49,707 nt of DNA from a virus. Lineage: Duplodnaviria > Caudoviricetes. Made by a program: the position numbers and the translations under genes. This document shows, piece after piece, positions 36,996 to 46,124 of the stretch (positions are counted from its first letter, which is position 1; each line of letters starts with the position of its first letter). The stretch lies in IMG/VR virus record IMGVR_UViG_3300027863_000054, positions 1 through 49,707 of that record. One strand, 5' to 3'. Under the pieces are notes generated by a model that had not been told where the DNA came from, ran no database searches, and was given only the letters and a program-made list of their open reading frames with translations.

Positions 36996-38315
36996 CTATA
37001 CCTTTACCGCCTTTTTACCGCTAAACTGCTCCCACCTATCTATAATCAACTGACAATACTTAGGCTCTATCTCCATCATATAACATCTACGTTTTAACTT
37101 CTCACAAGCAATCATAGTTGTTCCTGCTCCACCAAAAAGGTCTAAAACCAAAGCACCTCTCTTTGTATATAAAACCAAATGCCTCTCTACTAACTCTACC
37201 GGAAACGAAGCACAATGCCCTGCCTCTTTAGCGGTTCCTCTTATGTCATCCCAATAACTCCTTAAAGCCCAAGAGGTATTAGTTTTATTTTGTCCTAAGG
37301 TCTTTCCCATCGGATTGTAAAAAGTCTCTAAGATATAAACCTTGTTTTCCTCTATGATGTCCTTAAAGTCCAGCTCTTCTCCTAAACTATGCTCAAAAGT
37401 CCCAATGAACTCTGAATGCTGGTCAATTAAATCGGTCTTAGGTGAAATCCCTCTGGGTATGTTGAAGTATCCTTCTTTAAGCCAATGCCTTATATGTCTT
37501 AAATACCAACCTAACTCATTAAAAGCATTTGCCCATTTGTCGATTAAAAGCAAGACATTTCTTTTACCGATCTTCTCAAAAGAGGTTGTAAAGCCTGTTC
37601 CGGTATTTATGATAATCCTTGACCTGTCCTTCTTTACTGCAAAGTCATAACTCTTGGCAGCTTTTCTAATAAACTCGTTTATCTCCTCTACAGACTTTTC
37701 CCTTTCGTATTCTTTCCCTACCCAGTATGGCGGTGAGGTAAACCCTAAGTCTGCCTTCTCTCCGTTCATCAGCTTTTCTACATCCTCTAATAGCAGCGAA
37801 TCACCACACATAAGCCGATGGTCTCCTAACTGAAAGATATCCCCATATTTTATATCGGTCTCTCTTACCTCCGGTAAGTCGTCGTCAGAAGGTTTATCTA
37901 TCTGAAAAACCTTATCCAGTTCTGAATTACTAAATCCCACTTTCTTTAAAAAGTCCTCATCAAAATTTGATAACATATCCCAGTCCCATTCTCCGACATT
38001 CTTATTTGACCTAAGTAGATACTCTCTCGCTTCCTCCTCAGTTAAAGGTCGGTTAGGAACTCTAACCTCTATCTCTTCCTCTTCTCTGCCTAACTTCTTT
38101 AAAGCCATAATCCTCATATTCCCTGCAACAACTCTGTTGTCCTGGTCAATTGCCGGTATCTCTACCAAGTTGAACTTCTTTAAAGAGGTTAAAAGTTGCT
38201 CTGCCTGTTCTTCGGTCATCCTTCTGGGATTTCCTTCAAACAACTTTAAGTCTTTAACCTTTCTTTTTTCTGTATGCCAGACTAGCTTACCGTTCTCCAT
38301 TTCTATTTTTTCCAT
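36996..38315 (-). CDS. ParB-like N-terminal domain fused to an N4/N6 DNA methyltransferase
   Basis: NPRR...VVAGNMR; GDHRLMCGDS; TSPPY catalytic motif; DLFGGAGTT SAM-binding motif. Confidence 0.9.
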   Translation of the reverse strand: MEKIEMENGKLVWHTEKRKVKDLKLFEGNPRRMTEEQAEQLLTSLKKFNLVEIPAIDQDNRVVAGNMRIMALKKLGREEEEIEVRVPNRPLTEEEAREYLLRSNKNVGEWDWDMLSNFDEDFLKKVGFSNSELDKVFQIDKPSDDDLPEVRETDIKYGDIFQLGDHRLMCGDSLLLEDVEKLMNGEKADLGFTSPPYWVGKEYEREKSVEEINEFIRKAAKSYDFAVKKDRSRIIINTGTGFTTSFEKIGKRNVLLLIDKWANAFNELGWYLRHIRHWLKEGYFNIPRGISPKTDLIDQHSEFIGTFEHSLGEELDFKDIIEENKVYILETFYNPMGKTLGQNKTNTSWALRSYWDDIRGTAKEAGHCASFPVELVERHLVLYTKRGALVLDLFGGAGTTMIACEKLKRRCYMMEIEPKYCQLIIDRWEQFSGKKAVKV

Positions 38316-38321
38316 ATTCCC

Positions 38322-38343
38322 TTTTTGACACGCGTGTCAAAAA
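38322..38343. promoter_or_regulatory. 22-bp perfect palindrome TTTTTGACACGCGTGTCAAAAA
   Basis: 6 nt upstream of the MTase ATG; near copy at 19219-19236. Confidence 0.65.
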
Positions 38344-38415
38344 TATATTTTCTAAAAATCTTTAACAGTTCACAAGTTCCTTTTACTTTTCCTATTCTAT
38401 TTCTATTTCTCTTCG

Positions 38416-38595
38416 TCAATCTGTTAACTCCTTTAACTTACTTTTACTCAAAAGCACCCAATCAAAATCTGGAGTCGGTGGCTGTTGCCCTGCTTTCCCG
38501 ACATATACTTTGTCTGAATCTTTGATTATTATAGGTTTTACTGCACAACCTGTAAGCATTATGCCTATAATAACTATTATGCAAATCTTTCCCAT
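38416..38595 (-). CDS. 59-aa lipoprotein (lipobox LTGC), o-spanin-like; missed by the ORF track
   Basis: MGKICIIVIIGIMLTGCAVKPIIIKDSDKVYVGKAGQQPPTPDFDWVLLSKSKLKELTD read by eye. Confidence 0.7.
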   Translation of the reverse strand: MGKICIIVIIGIMLTGCAVKPIIIKDSDKVYVGKAGQQPPTPDFDWVLLSKSKLKELTD

Positions 38596-38596
38596 C

Positions 38597-39028
38597 CTAA
38601 TCCCACCAAATCCTCAGTTCATCGCCTACAAAATCAACTTCATCTGCACTAAGTTCTTTTTGAAGTTTTTCTAAGTTGATGTCTTTACTTACTCCATCTA
38701 CATATACTACAACAGAACCTTCCCTGCCTAATCTATACTCTTTGTTCCTTCCTAACAAATCTACAAGTTTCTTTGCCACATTAGGATTAAACAAATTGTA
38801 TCCACCAACAATCTCTGCCTGTTTTAAAAAGGTCTCTGCATCTGTATATACCCCTTCCCAGTCTAATGTTCTTAAATGTTGTCCTATTTCCCAGTCCAAA
38901 ATACAATCTGCATAGGCTTTCGCGGTTGTATAAAAAGGCTCCTCCGGATATTTGCTCTTAATATATGCTAAGTATTTCTCTTTCTCTTTACTAACCTCAT
39001 TTAATGCTTCTATTAACTTCTTAATCAT
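38597..39028 (-). CDS. Hypothetical protein with MIKKLIEALNE leader
   Basis: ORF track; REGSVVVYV and ADEVD...LRIWWD motifs. Confidence 0.7.
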   Translation of the reverse strand: MIKKLIEALNEVSKEKEKYLAYIKSKYPEEPFYTTAKAYADCILDWEIGQHLRTLDWEGVYTDAETFLKQAEIVGGYNLFNPNVAKKLVDLLGRNKEYRLGREGSVVVYVDGVSKDINLEKLQKELSADEVDFVGDELRIWWD

Positions 39029-39040
39029 TCTTCCCCTCCT

Positions 39041-39553
39041 TTATCTTTTAAGCAGGTTCTCGATAATGTTTATCCTTACATCACTTAAAATCTTTTTTCT
39101 AAGTTCTGAATCTATTTCTATTTCCTCCTCCTCTAACTTCTCTCTTCTTTCTAAAACTTCTTTTAACAAGTCAAACGAGCCTTTAGTTTCTCTCTGCTCT
39201 GGCGACTTAACTACAGATGCTTCTTTCGGTATCTCCCTCTGAGCAATCATTTCTATCTGTTTTAAGATTATCTCTTTATTTTTCCCTGTAGGATTTACTG
39301 CCCTGTCATCTATAAGTATCTCCCAGTCTTTTTTGTATGCTTCATCAATAGAGATATACCCATCTGGAACTATACCTCTTTCTTTAAGCCAAGCATCTAT
39401 TTCTTCGTTTTCTCTACCGGAGAAGATAAATACTTGATGACCTTTTGCTTTTAAGTCTTTAACCAATTCTAAAATGTCTCCGATAGGTTCACCGATAGAA
39501 CCATCAGGATTCTTTACTGCTATTGTGTCGTCAAAGTCTATGGCTATTTTCAT
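39041..39553 (-). CDS. HAD-superfamily phosphatase with acidic tail
   Basis: IAIDFDDTI (motif I), FSGR (motif II), LIDDRA (motif IV). Confidence 0.85.
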   Translation of the reverse strand: MKIAIDFDDTIAVKNPDGSIGEPIGDILELVKDLKAKGHQVFIFSGRENEEIDAWLKERGIVPDGYISIDEAYKKDWEILIDDRAVNPTGKNKEIILKQIEMIAQREIPKEASVVKSPEQRETKGSFDLLKEVLERREKLEEEEIEIDSELRKKILSDVRINIIENLLKR

Positions 39554-40215
39554 ACAAATTTCCGACCTTTTACTTCTGATACTTTGCTTACATCCTCTCT
39601 AGTAAATTTAACTGGATTATCATAACAATAAAAATTTCCTCCTACATATTTAGGTGCTCCCTTTAAAGAAGTTAACTGGTTATTAGAACAATCAAAATAT
39701 CCTCCTACATATTTAGGTGCTCCCTTTAAAGAGGTCAACTTGTTGTTATAACAATAAAAATCTCCTTCTACTCTTTCAGGTGCTCCTTTTAAAGAAGTTA
39801 ATTTATTACTAGAACAACTAAAATTTCTTCCTACATATTTAGGTGCTCCCTCTAAAGAGGTTAACTCGTTAACAGAACAATCAAAATATCCTTCCACATA
39901 TTTAGGTGCTCCTTTTAAAGATTTTAATTTGTTATCACGACAATCAAAATCACCGCCTACATATTTAGGTGCTCCCTCTAATGAGGTTAACTCGTTAATA
40001 GAACAATCAAAATAACCTTTTACTTTACCAAACTTGATTAGAAATTTACCATCTTTAACAACACCACTTACATCTTTAATACCCACATCAAAATCATAAC
40101 TACCATCTGGATTCTGTCTGCCTTTATATCTTTCTATAAATCTCTTTATAAGTTCTTCCTCTGTCGGTGGTTTAAATATATCCTGCTCTAATAAACTCTC
40201 TAATAATTTTTTCAT
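39550..40215 (-). CDS. Variable LRR protein (6 repeats)
   Basis: Leader, N-cap, 21-aa repeats, C-cap. Confidence 0.88.
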   Translation of the reverse strand: MKKLLESLLEQDIFKPPTEEELIKRFIERYKGRQNPDGSYDFDVGIKDVSGVVKDGKFLIKFGKVKGYFDCSINELTSLEGAPKYVGGDFDCRDNKLKSLKGAPKYVEGYFDCSVNELTSLEGAPKYVGRNFSCSSNKLTSLKGAPERVEGDFYCYNNKLTSLKGAPKYVGGYFDCSNNQLTSLKGAPKYVGGNFYCYDNPVKFTREDVSKVSEVKGRKFV

Positions 40216-41015
40216 ACTATTATCTCACCTTTTACTTCTGATACTTTCTTGACATCTTCTTCGGTAAATTTAACTGGATTATCATAACAATAAAAATCTT
40301 TTCCTACATATTTAGGTGCTCCCTCTAAAGAAGTTAACTTATTATAAGAGCAATCAAAATCTCCTTTTACTCTTTCAGGTGCTCCCTCTAAAGAAGTTAA
40401 ATTGTCACCGCGACAATCAAAATCTCCACCTACATATTTAGGTGCTCCCTCTAAAGAAGTTAACTGGTTATAAGAACAATTAAAATGTCCACCTACTCTT
40501 TCTGGCGCTCCTTTTAGAGAGGTTAAGTTGTTAGCAGAACAAGAAAAACGCCCACCTACATATTTCGGTGCTCCCTCTAAAGAAGTTAATTTGTTATCAG
40601 AACAATAAAAATCCTTACCTACATACTTCGGTGCTCCCTCTAAAGATGTTAACTTGTTATGAGAACAATCAAAATATCCTTCTACATATTTAGGTGCTCC
40701 TTTTAAAGAAGTTAACTGGTTATAAGAACAATCAAAACCTCCTTCTACTCTTTCAGGTGCTCCCTCTAAAGAGATTAACCCACTATCAGAACAATAAAAA
40801 CCTCCTTTTACTTTACCAAATTTAATTGCAAATTTACCATTTTTAACAACACTACTTACATCATACAAATCACAATCAAAGTCATAACTACCATCTGGAT
40901 TTAGTTTACCGTTATATTCTTTTACAAACTTAACTATTTTTGCCTGTTCTAATTCCTCTTCTGTCGGTGGTTTAAATATATCCTGCTCTAATAAACTCTC
41001 TAATAATTTTTTCAT
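40212..41015 (-). CDS. Variable LRR protein (8 repeats)
   Basis: Same architecture; ATGA-coupled. Confidence 0.88.
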   Translation of the reverse strand: MKKLLESLLEQDIFKPPTEEELEQAKIVKFVKEYNGKLNPDGSYDFDCDLYDVSSVVKNGKFAIKFGKVKGGFYCSDSGLISLEGAPERVEGGFDCSYNQLTSLKGAPKYVEGYFDCSHNKLTSLEGAPKYVGKDFYCSDNKLTSLEGAPKYVGGRFSCSANNLTSLKGAPERVGGHFNCSYNQLTSLEGAPKYVGGDFDCRGDNLTSLEGAPERVKGDFDCSYNKLTSLEGAPKYVGKDFYCYDNPVKFTEEDVKKVSEVKGEIIV

Positions 41016-41839
41016 ACTATTATCCTACCTTTTACTTCTGATACTTTCCTAACTTCTTCTTCTGTAAATTTAACTGGATTATCACGGCATTCAAAATCTC
41101 CACCTACATACTTCGGTACTCCCTTTAAAGAGGTTAATTTGTTATCAGAACAATAAAAACCTCCTTCTACTCTTTCAGGTGCACCTTTTAATGAAGTTAA
41201 CTGGTTATCAGAACAATTAAAATATCCCCCTACATATTTAGGTGCTCCTTCTAAAGAAGTTAAATTGTTACCAGAGCAATTAAAATATCCTCCTACATAT
41301 TTAGGTGCTCCTTTTAAAGAGGTTAAATTGTTATAAGAACAATTAAACTCTCTTTTTACTCTTTCTGGAGCACCTTCTAAAGAAGTTAAATTGTTATCAG
41401 AACAACCAAAATATCCTCCTACATATTTCGGTGCTCCTTCTAAAGAAGTTAATTTGTTATAAGAACAATAAAAATCTCCTCCTACTCTTTTTGGAGCACC
41501 TTCTAAAGATGTTAACTTGTTATGAGAACAATCAAAATATCCTTCTACATATTTAGGTGCTCCCTCTAAAGAGGTTAATTTGTTATAAGAACAATAAAAA
41601 TCTCCTTTTACTTTACCAAACTTGATTATAAATTTACCATCTCTAATAATACCACTTACATCTTTAATATCCACATCAAAATCATAACTACCATCTGAAT
41701 TTAGTTTACCATTATATTTCTTGACAAATTCCTCAATTTTTCTCTGTTCAAATTCTTCTCTTCTCTGTTCTAATTCTTCCTCTGTTGGTGGTTTAAATAT
41801 GCTATCCTGCTCTAACAAACTTTCTAATAATTTTTTCAT
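41012..41839 (-). CDS. Variable LRR protein (8 repeats)
   Basis: Same architecture; ATGA-coupled. Confidence 0.88.
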   Translation of the reverse strand: MKKLLESLLEQDSIFKPPTEEELEQRREEFEQRKIEEFVKKYNGKLNSDGSYDFDVDIKDVSGIIRDGKFIIKFGKVKGDFYCSYNKLTSLEGAPKYVEGYFDCSHNKLTSLEGAPKRVGGDFYCSYNKLTSLEGAPKYVGGYFGCSDNNLTSLEGAPERVKREFNCSYNNLTSLKGAPKYVGGYFNCSGNNLTSLEGAPKYVGGYFNCSDNQLTSLKGAPERVEGGFYCSDNKLTSLKGVPKYVGGDFECRDNPVKFTEEEVRKVSEVKGRIIV

Positions 41840-42405
41840 ACTTCTATTACACCTTTTACTTCTGATACTTTCCTTACATCTTCTTCGGTAAATTTAACTG
41901 GATTATCATAACATTCAAAATTTCCTCCTACATATTTAGGTGCTCCCTCTAAAGAAGTTAATTTGTTATGAGAACAATAAAAACCTACTACTTTTTCTGG
42001 TGCACCTTTTAAAGATGTTAACTTGTTAAAAGAACAATAAAAACTACCACCTACATATTTAGGTGCTCCTTCTAAAGTGGTTAAATTGTTATGAGAACAA
42101 CTAAAACTTCCTCCTACATATTTAGGTGCTCCTTTTAAAGTAGTCAATTCACACTTATAACAATCAAAATAACCTTTTACTTTACCAAATTTAATTATAA
42201 ATTTACCATCTACAATAATATCTCCTAAACCAATCCTATCAATATTTCTATCAAAGTCATAACTACCATCTGGATTTTGTTTACCGTTATATTCTTTTAC
42301 AAATTTCTCAATTCTAAACTCTTTTCTTGCCTGCTCTAACTCTTCCTCTGTAGGTGGTTTAAATATATCCTGCTCTAATAACAAATTCTCTAATAATTTT
42401 TTCAT
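41836..42405 (-). CDS. Variable LRR protein (4 repeats)
   Basis: Same architecture; one repeat is one residue short (PEKVVGFYC). Confidence 0.88.
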   Translation of the reverse strand: MKKLLENLLLEQDIFKPPTEEELEQARKEFRIEKFVKEYNGKQNPDGSYDFDRNIDRIGLGDIIVDGKFIIKFGKVKGYFDCYKCELTTLKGAPKYVGGSFSCSHNNLTTLEGAPKYVGGSFYCSFNKLTSLKGAPEKVVGFYCSHNKLTSLEGAPKYVGGNFECYDNPVKFTEEDVRKVSEVKGVIEV

Positions 42406-44318
42406 AGCTTTATACCCAATTCAGCTAAAATCTCGACAGCTTTATTTCCGTCTATCTGCGTGTCTTTAGCATCCCAATACATCTTTTTTCCTGACTTGTC
42501 AACTAAAATTGCAATCTTGTCATAGTTATCTCTTTTAGGCTGTTTTCGTATCACAAAATATATAGCATATTTCATAAAATAGTCATAAAAATGATGGCTG
42601 TCGCTCTCTCCAGAAATACACCACTTTGTTCCCTTCCCATACAAGCAAGATGCTTCCCAAGTAGTAATCCTATAAACAAAAGCTTTGTCGTTCTCAAATA
42701 CTTTCTCTGCTCCTTTTATCTTTGCTTCCTTTTCTAACTCCGACTTCGTCAGAGCATCAAATTCCTCTACTTTCTGACCAACCTCTTTCAAAGACTTATA
42801 TGACTGTATATTCCTTGCATCCACTGGCATTACACCCTTATTAACTAACTTATCAAACTTTGGAATTACTCTCTCAAATTCACTAATCTCAGGCTTCTCT
42901 TGAGAATAAATCTTGCACATCCATTCAATATACTTCTTCTGAGAAGTAGGGTCTATTTCAAGAAGCTTGCTAAATATATCCTCTGGAACTTTACCTGTTT
43001 CTACATATTTCTTCCTTGCTGACACCTCTCCCTCCTCTATCACCTCTTCTTTAACAACTTCTCTCTCTTTTTTATATGCTTGCCACTCATCTTCTGCTTC
43101 CCTTGTCAACTGTTTAATCAGAGTATCATCTCCTGCTAATACATTCCTTATCTCTTCCGAACTTCGGGTAAGCAACTTCCTCCAAATCAACGGAATCATA
43201 TTTTGCTTGTCTGCAGGAATCATTCCTACAATCTTTCTATATACACCAGGCCCTGCTAACATATCTCTTGTCTCATCCTCAATCTCTTCTTTTCCCATAA
43301 TCGCCTGAAACTCTTTTGCCAAAGACAGCCACTCATATATACCTTTTACTATCTCGTGGATAAGATACGGAAATATAATTGCTTTTGCTTCTATAGTATA
43401 CGCATCTCCTTCAGGCTTAACTTTTTCCACACCAGCTCGTGCTCCTCCTTTTAAACCGATTTTCTCTATTCCAAAAGGCGTGACCCAATAGCCAAGTTCT
43501 GCTAAAACAGCAACTATACCATACTTGTTTATTAATGTTGGGTCTATCTTGTCAAGCTCATCTTTAACTACATTAAAAAGATAAAACTTATTTACCGCAC
43601 CACCTGTAATCAATAAATTCGCAAATCGCCTCTTGATACTCAACTCTTCCCTAAAAGCAGACGCAAGCAACTTGTTAAATTCCTCTTCAGGAGTTAAATT
43701 TTCTGACCTCTTTTCTAATCTAAAATCTGCAAGAGTTGGAGTATCTAACCTTGCTTCTATTCTTAACTCCTCTCCTTCTACCGCATCTTTGACCATTTCA
43801 AACTCTGGTAGATTCAAAACAACCTCAACAGCAAGTCCTTCTAACCTCTTTTTGTATGAGTGCTCTATCTCAAGAATATCATTCAAGGCTTGCATAGCAA
43901 TAGAAACAAATCCCGGCAGTTTTAACTCAGACGCTCTCTTTCCTGTATATTGTTCAAGTCTTGACAACATACGGTTATACTCATCACTCGTCACCAACTC
44001 TAAATATGACTTTTCTTCACTGGATAACTTCGGAAACAACTTGTTTATAATCTCATCACCTTTTTTTATCCACTTCTGTTTGTCTTCTGAAGTCCAATTT
44101 GGAAAACGAGTCTTTTCTCCTAATCCTTCTGCCCTCTGCAAAAAGAACAATGCTACATCACTCTCTGCTTTTGGCTTCGGAGATATACCCGGTTCAGGAG
44201 CAATAGGACTCTTTGGTTTTGGCTTTATATCTGGCTCTGTTTTCACATCTGGTTCTACTTCTGTGTCTGTCTTCACTTCTTTAAGCTTTTCAATTAAAAA
44301 TTCTAATAACTTTTTCAT
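42402..44318 (-). CDS. Two-domain protein with MKKLLEFLIE leader; C-terminal ASCLYGKGTKWCIS domain
   Basis: Pro-rich linker, LIHEIVKGIYE motif, VKEEVIEE junction, then DPT..KKYIEW and GTKWC motifs. Confidence 0.7.
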   Translation of the reverse strand: MKKLLEFLIEKLKEVKTDTEVEPDVKTEPDIKPKPKSPIAPEPGISPKPKAESDVALFFLQRAEGLGEKTRFPNWTSEDKQKWIKKGDEIINKLFPKLSSEEKSYLELVTSDEYNRMLSRLEQYTGKRASELKLPGFVSIAMQALNDILEIEHSYKKRLEGLAVEVVLNLPEFEMVKDAVEGEELRIEARLDTPTLADFRLEKRSENLTPEEEFNKLLASAFREELSIKRRFANLLITGGAVNKFYLFNVVKDELDKIDPTLINKYGIVAVLAELGYWVTPFGIEKIGLKGGARAGVEKVKPEGDAYTIEAKAIIFPYLIHEIVKGIYEWLSLAKEFQAIMGKEEIEDETRDMLAGPGVYRKIVGMIPADKQNMIPLIWRKLLTRSSEEIRNVLAGDDTLIKQLTREAEDEWQAYKKEREVVKEEVIEEGEVSARKKYVETGKVPEDIFSKLLEIDPTSQKKYIEWMCKIYSQEKPEISEFERVIPKFDKLVNKGVMPVDARNIQSYKSLKEVGQKVEEFDALTKSELEKEAKIKGAEKVFENDKAFVYRITTWEASCLYGKGTKWCISGESDSHHFYDYFMKYAIYFVIRKQPKRDNYDKIAILVDKSGKKMYWDAKDTQIDGNKAVEILAELGIKL

Positions 44319-44350
44319 ACTTCCACCTCTCTACTTTTACATCAATTCTT

Positions 44351-44902
44351 TCATACTTCTATTACACCTTTTACTTCTGATACTCTTCTAACTTCTTCTT
44401 CGATAAATTTAACTGGATTATCATAACAAACAAAATTTCCTCCTACATATTTAGGTGCTCCTTTTAAAGAAGTTAATTTATTACTAGAACAACTAAAATT
44501 TCTTCCTACATATTTAGGTGCTCCCTCTAAAGAGGTTAACTCGTTAACAGAACAATCAAAATATCCTTCCACATATTTAGGTGCTCCTTTTAAAGATTTT
44601 AATTTGTTATCACGACAATCAAAATCACCGCCTACATATTTAGGTGCTCCCTCTAATGAGGTTAACTCGTTAATAGAACAATCAAAATATCCTTTTACTT
44701 TACCAAACTTGATTAGAAATTTACCATCTTTAACAACACTACTTAAATTATACAAACTACAATCAAAATCATAAGTTCCATCTGGATTCAGTTTACCATC
44801 ATGCATCTTTACAAACACATCTATCTTTCTCTGTTCTAATTCTTCCTCTGTAGGTGGTTTAAATATATCCTGCTCTAATAGACCCTCTAATAATTTTTTC
44901 AT
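44351..44902 (-). CDS. Variable LRR protein (4 repeats)
   Basis: Repeats nearly identical to those of 39550-40215. Confidence 0.88.
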   Translation of the reverse strand: MKKLLEGLLEQDIFKPPTEEELEQRKIDVFVKMHDGKLNPDGTYDFDCSLYNLSSVVKDGKFLIKFGKVKGYFDCSINELTSLEGAPKYVGGDFDCRDNKLKSLKGAPKYVEGYFDCSVNELTSLEGAPKYVGRNFSCSSNKLTSLKGAPKYVGGNFVCYDNPVKFIEEEVRRVSEVKGVIEV

Positions 44903-44925
44903 ACTTACGACTCCTTATCAATTTC

Positions 44926-45186
44926 TCATACTACTTCCTCTCCATCAACAGTTATTCTACCATCTACATACAGAATCACTACCTTCTCCCCAGATGTATA
45001 CTTCCAATACGGAGCACTAACTTCAGCTGAACGCTCAAGTTCTCCACCTTCAAGTGGTTCATCAATTAAGCCTTTTTCTTTCAAATACTTCTCTAACACA
45101 TTTTTCAACATCTCTCCTACTTCTATTTTCTCCTCTACCTGTCTTTCTTTTACTTCCTCCTGAATCCCTTCAAGCAATTTTTTCAT
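44926..45186 (-). CDS. Small leader-bearing protein (start corrected to MKKLLEGIQEE), paralogue of 46125-46400
   Basis: AAGGAGG SD before ATG at 45186; shared KYLKEKGLI..PL and LY..GRI.VDG.EV. Confidence 0.75.
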   Translation of the reverse strand: MKKLLEGIQEEVKERQVEEKIEVGEMLKNVLEKYLKEKGLIDEPLEGGELERSAEVSAPYWKYTSGEKVVILYVDGRITVDGEEVV

Positions 45187-45208
45187 TTCTTCCCTCCTTA
45201 CACTTGTT

Positions 45209-45376
45209 TTATTTCTTCTCCTTCTTTTCCTTTTTCTCTGGTTCTTTCTTTTCTTCCACAAATACATAAGCAAGACCTATTGACTTATCTCTAACCCATT
45301 TTCCACCTTCTGCTGGAACTTCATCAGGCGGATTCTTCGGGTCAATCTTAGACCAATCTAATACTGGAATAGCCAT
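45209..45376 (-). CDS. 55-aa hypothetical protein (MAIPVLDWSKIDPKNPP...KEKKEKK); missed by the ORF track
   Basis: GAGGAGG SD; read by eye. Confidence 0.6.
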   Translation of the reverse strand: MAIPVLDWSKIDPKNPPDEVPAEGGKWVRDKSIGLAYVFVEEKKEPEKKEKKEKK

Positions 45377-45377
45377 T

Positions 45378-45419
45378 TCATACCTCCTCTTTACATAAAT
45401 TCTCTAATAGTTTTTTCAT
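45378..45419 (-). pseudogene. Leader-only remnant MKKLLENLCKEEV*
   Basis: ATGA-coupled to the upstream LRR gene exactly as full cargo genes are. Confidence 0.6.
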
Positions 45420-46102
45420 ACTTTTATCCTACCTTTTACTTCCGACACTTTTCTAACTTCTTCTTCGGTAAATTTAACTGGATTACCATAACAATCAAAA
45501 TATCCTCCTACATATTCAGGTGCTCCCTCTAAAGAGGTTAATTTATTATAAGAACAATTAAAATGTCCACCTACATATTTAGGTGCTCCTTCTAAAGAGG
45601 TTAAATTGTTATCAAAACAATAAAAACCTCCTTCTACTCTTTCTGGTGCTCCCTTTAAAGAAGTTAACTGGTTATAAGAACAATCAAAATATCCTCCTAC
45701 ATATTTAGGTGCTCCCTTTAAAGAAGTTAACTGGTTATTAGAACAATTAAAATATCCTCCTACATATTTAGGTGCTCCCTTTAAAGAAGTTAACTGGTTA
45801 TTAGAACAATTAAAATATCCTCCTACATATTTAGGTGCTCCCTCTAATGAGATTAATCCGCTATCAGAACAATCAAATTTACCACCTACTTTACCAAATT
45901 TAATTGCAAATTTACCATTTTTAATAACAAATTTTAAATCATCTCTATATAAAATGCAATCAAAGTCATAAGTTCCATCTGGATTCAGTTTACCATTATA
46001 TTTCTTTATAAACACCTCTATTTTTCTCTGCTCTAATTCTTCTTCTGTTGGTGGTTTAAATATGCTATCCTGCTCTAATAAACTTTCTAATAATCTTTTC
46101 AT
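45416..46102 (-). CDS. Variable LRR protein (6 repeats, two adjacent ones identical)
   Basis: APKYVGGYFNCSNNQLTSLKG occurs twice in tandem. Confidence 0.88.
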   Translation of the reverse strand: MKRLLESLLEQDSIFKPPTEEELEQRKIEVFIKKYNGKLNPDGTYDFDCILYRDDLKFVIKNGKFAIKFGKVGGKFDCSDSGLISLEGAPKYVGGYFNCSNNQLTSLKGAPKYVGGYFNCSNNQLTSLKGAPKYVGGYFDCSYNQLTSLKGAPERVEGGFYCFDNNLTSLEGAPKYVGGHFNCSYNKLTSLEGAPEYVGGYFDCYGNPVKFTEEEVRKVSEVKGRIKV

Positions 46103-46124
46103 TTCTTCTTACTTCATTTAATCA

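Noticed and set aside
43633-44391. 252-aa + strand ORF and all other + strand ORFs in the track
   Set aside because: Ser/Phe/Leu-rich antisense shadows of E/K-rich minus-strand genes with no recognisable motifs
45187-45273. Basic N-terminal extension MLMYLWKKRKNQRKRKRRRR as a protamine-like or localisation signal
   Set aside because: Artefact of the longest-ORF call; it is the alternate frame of the 45209-45376 ORF, and the SD-supported start is 45186
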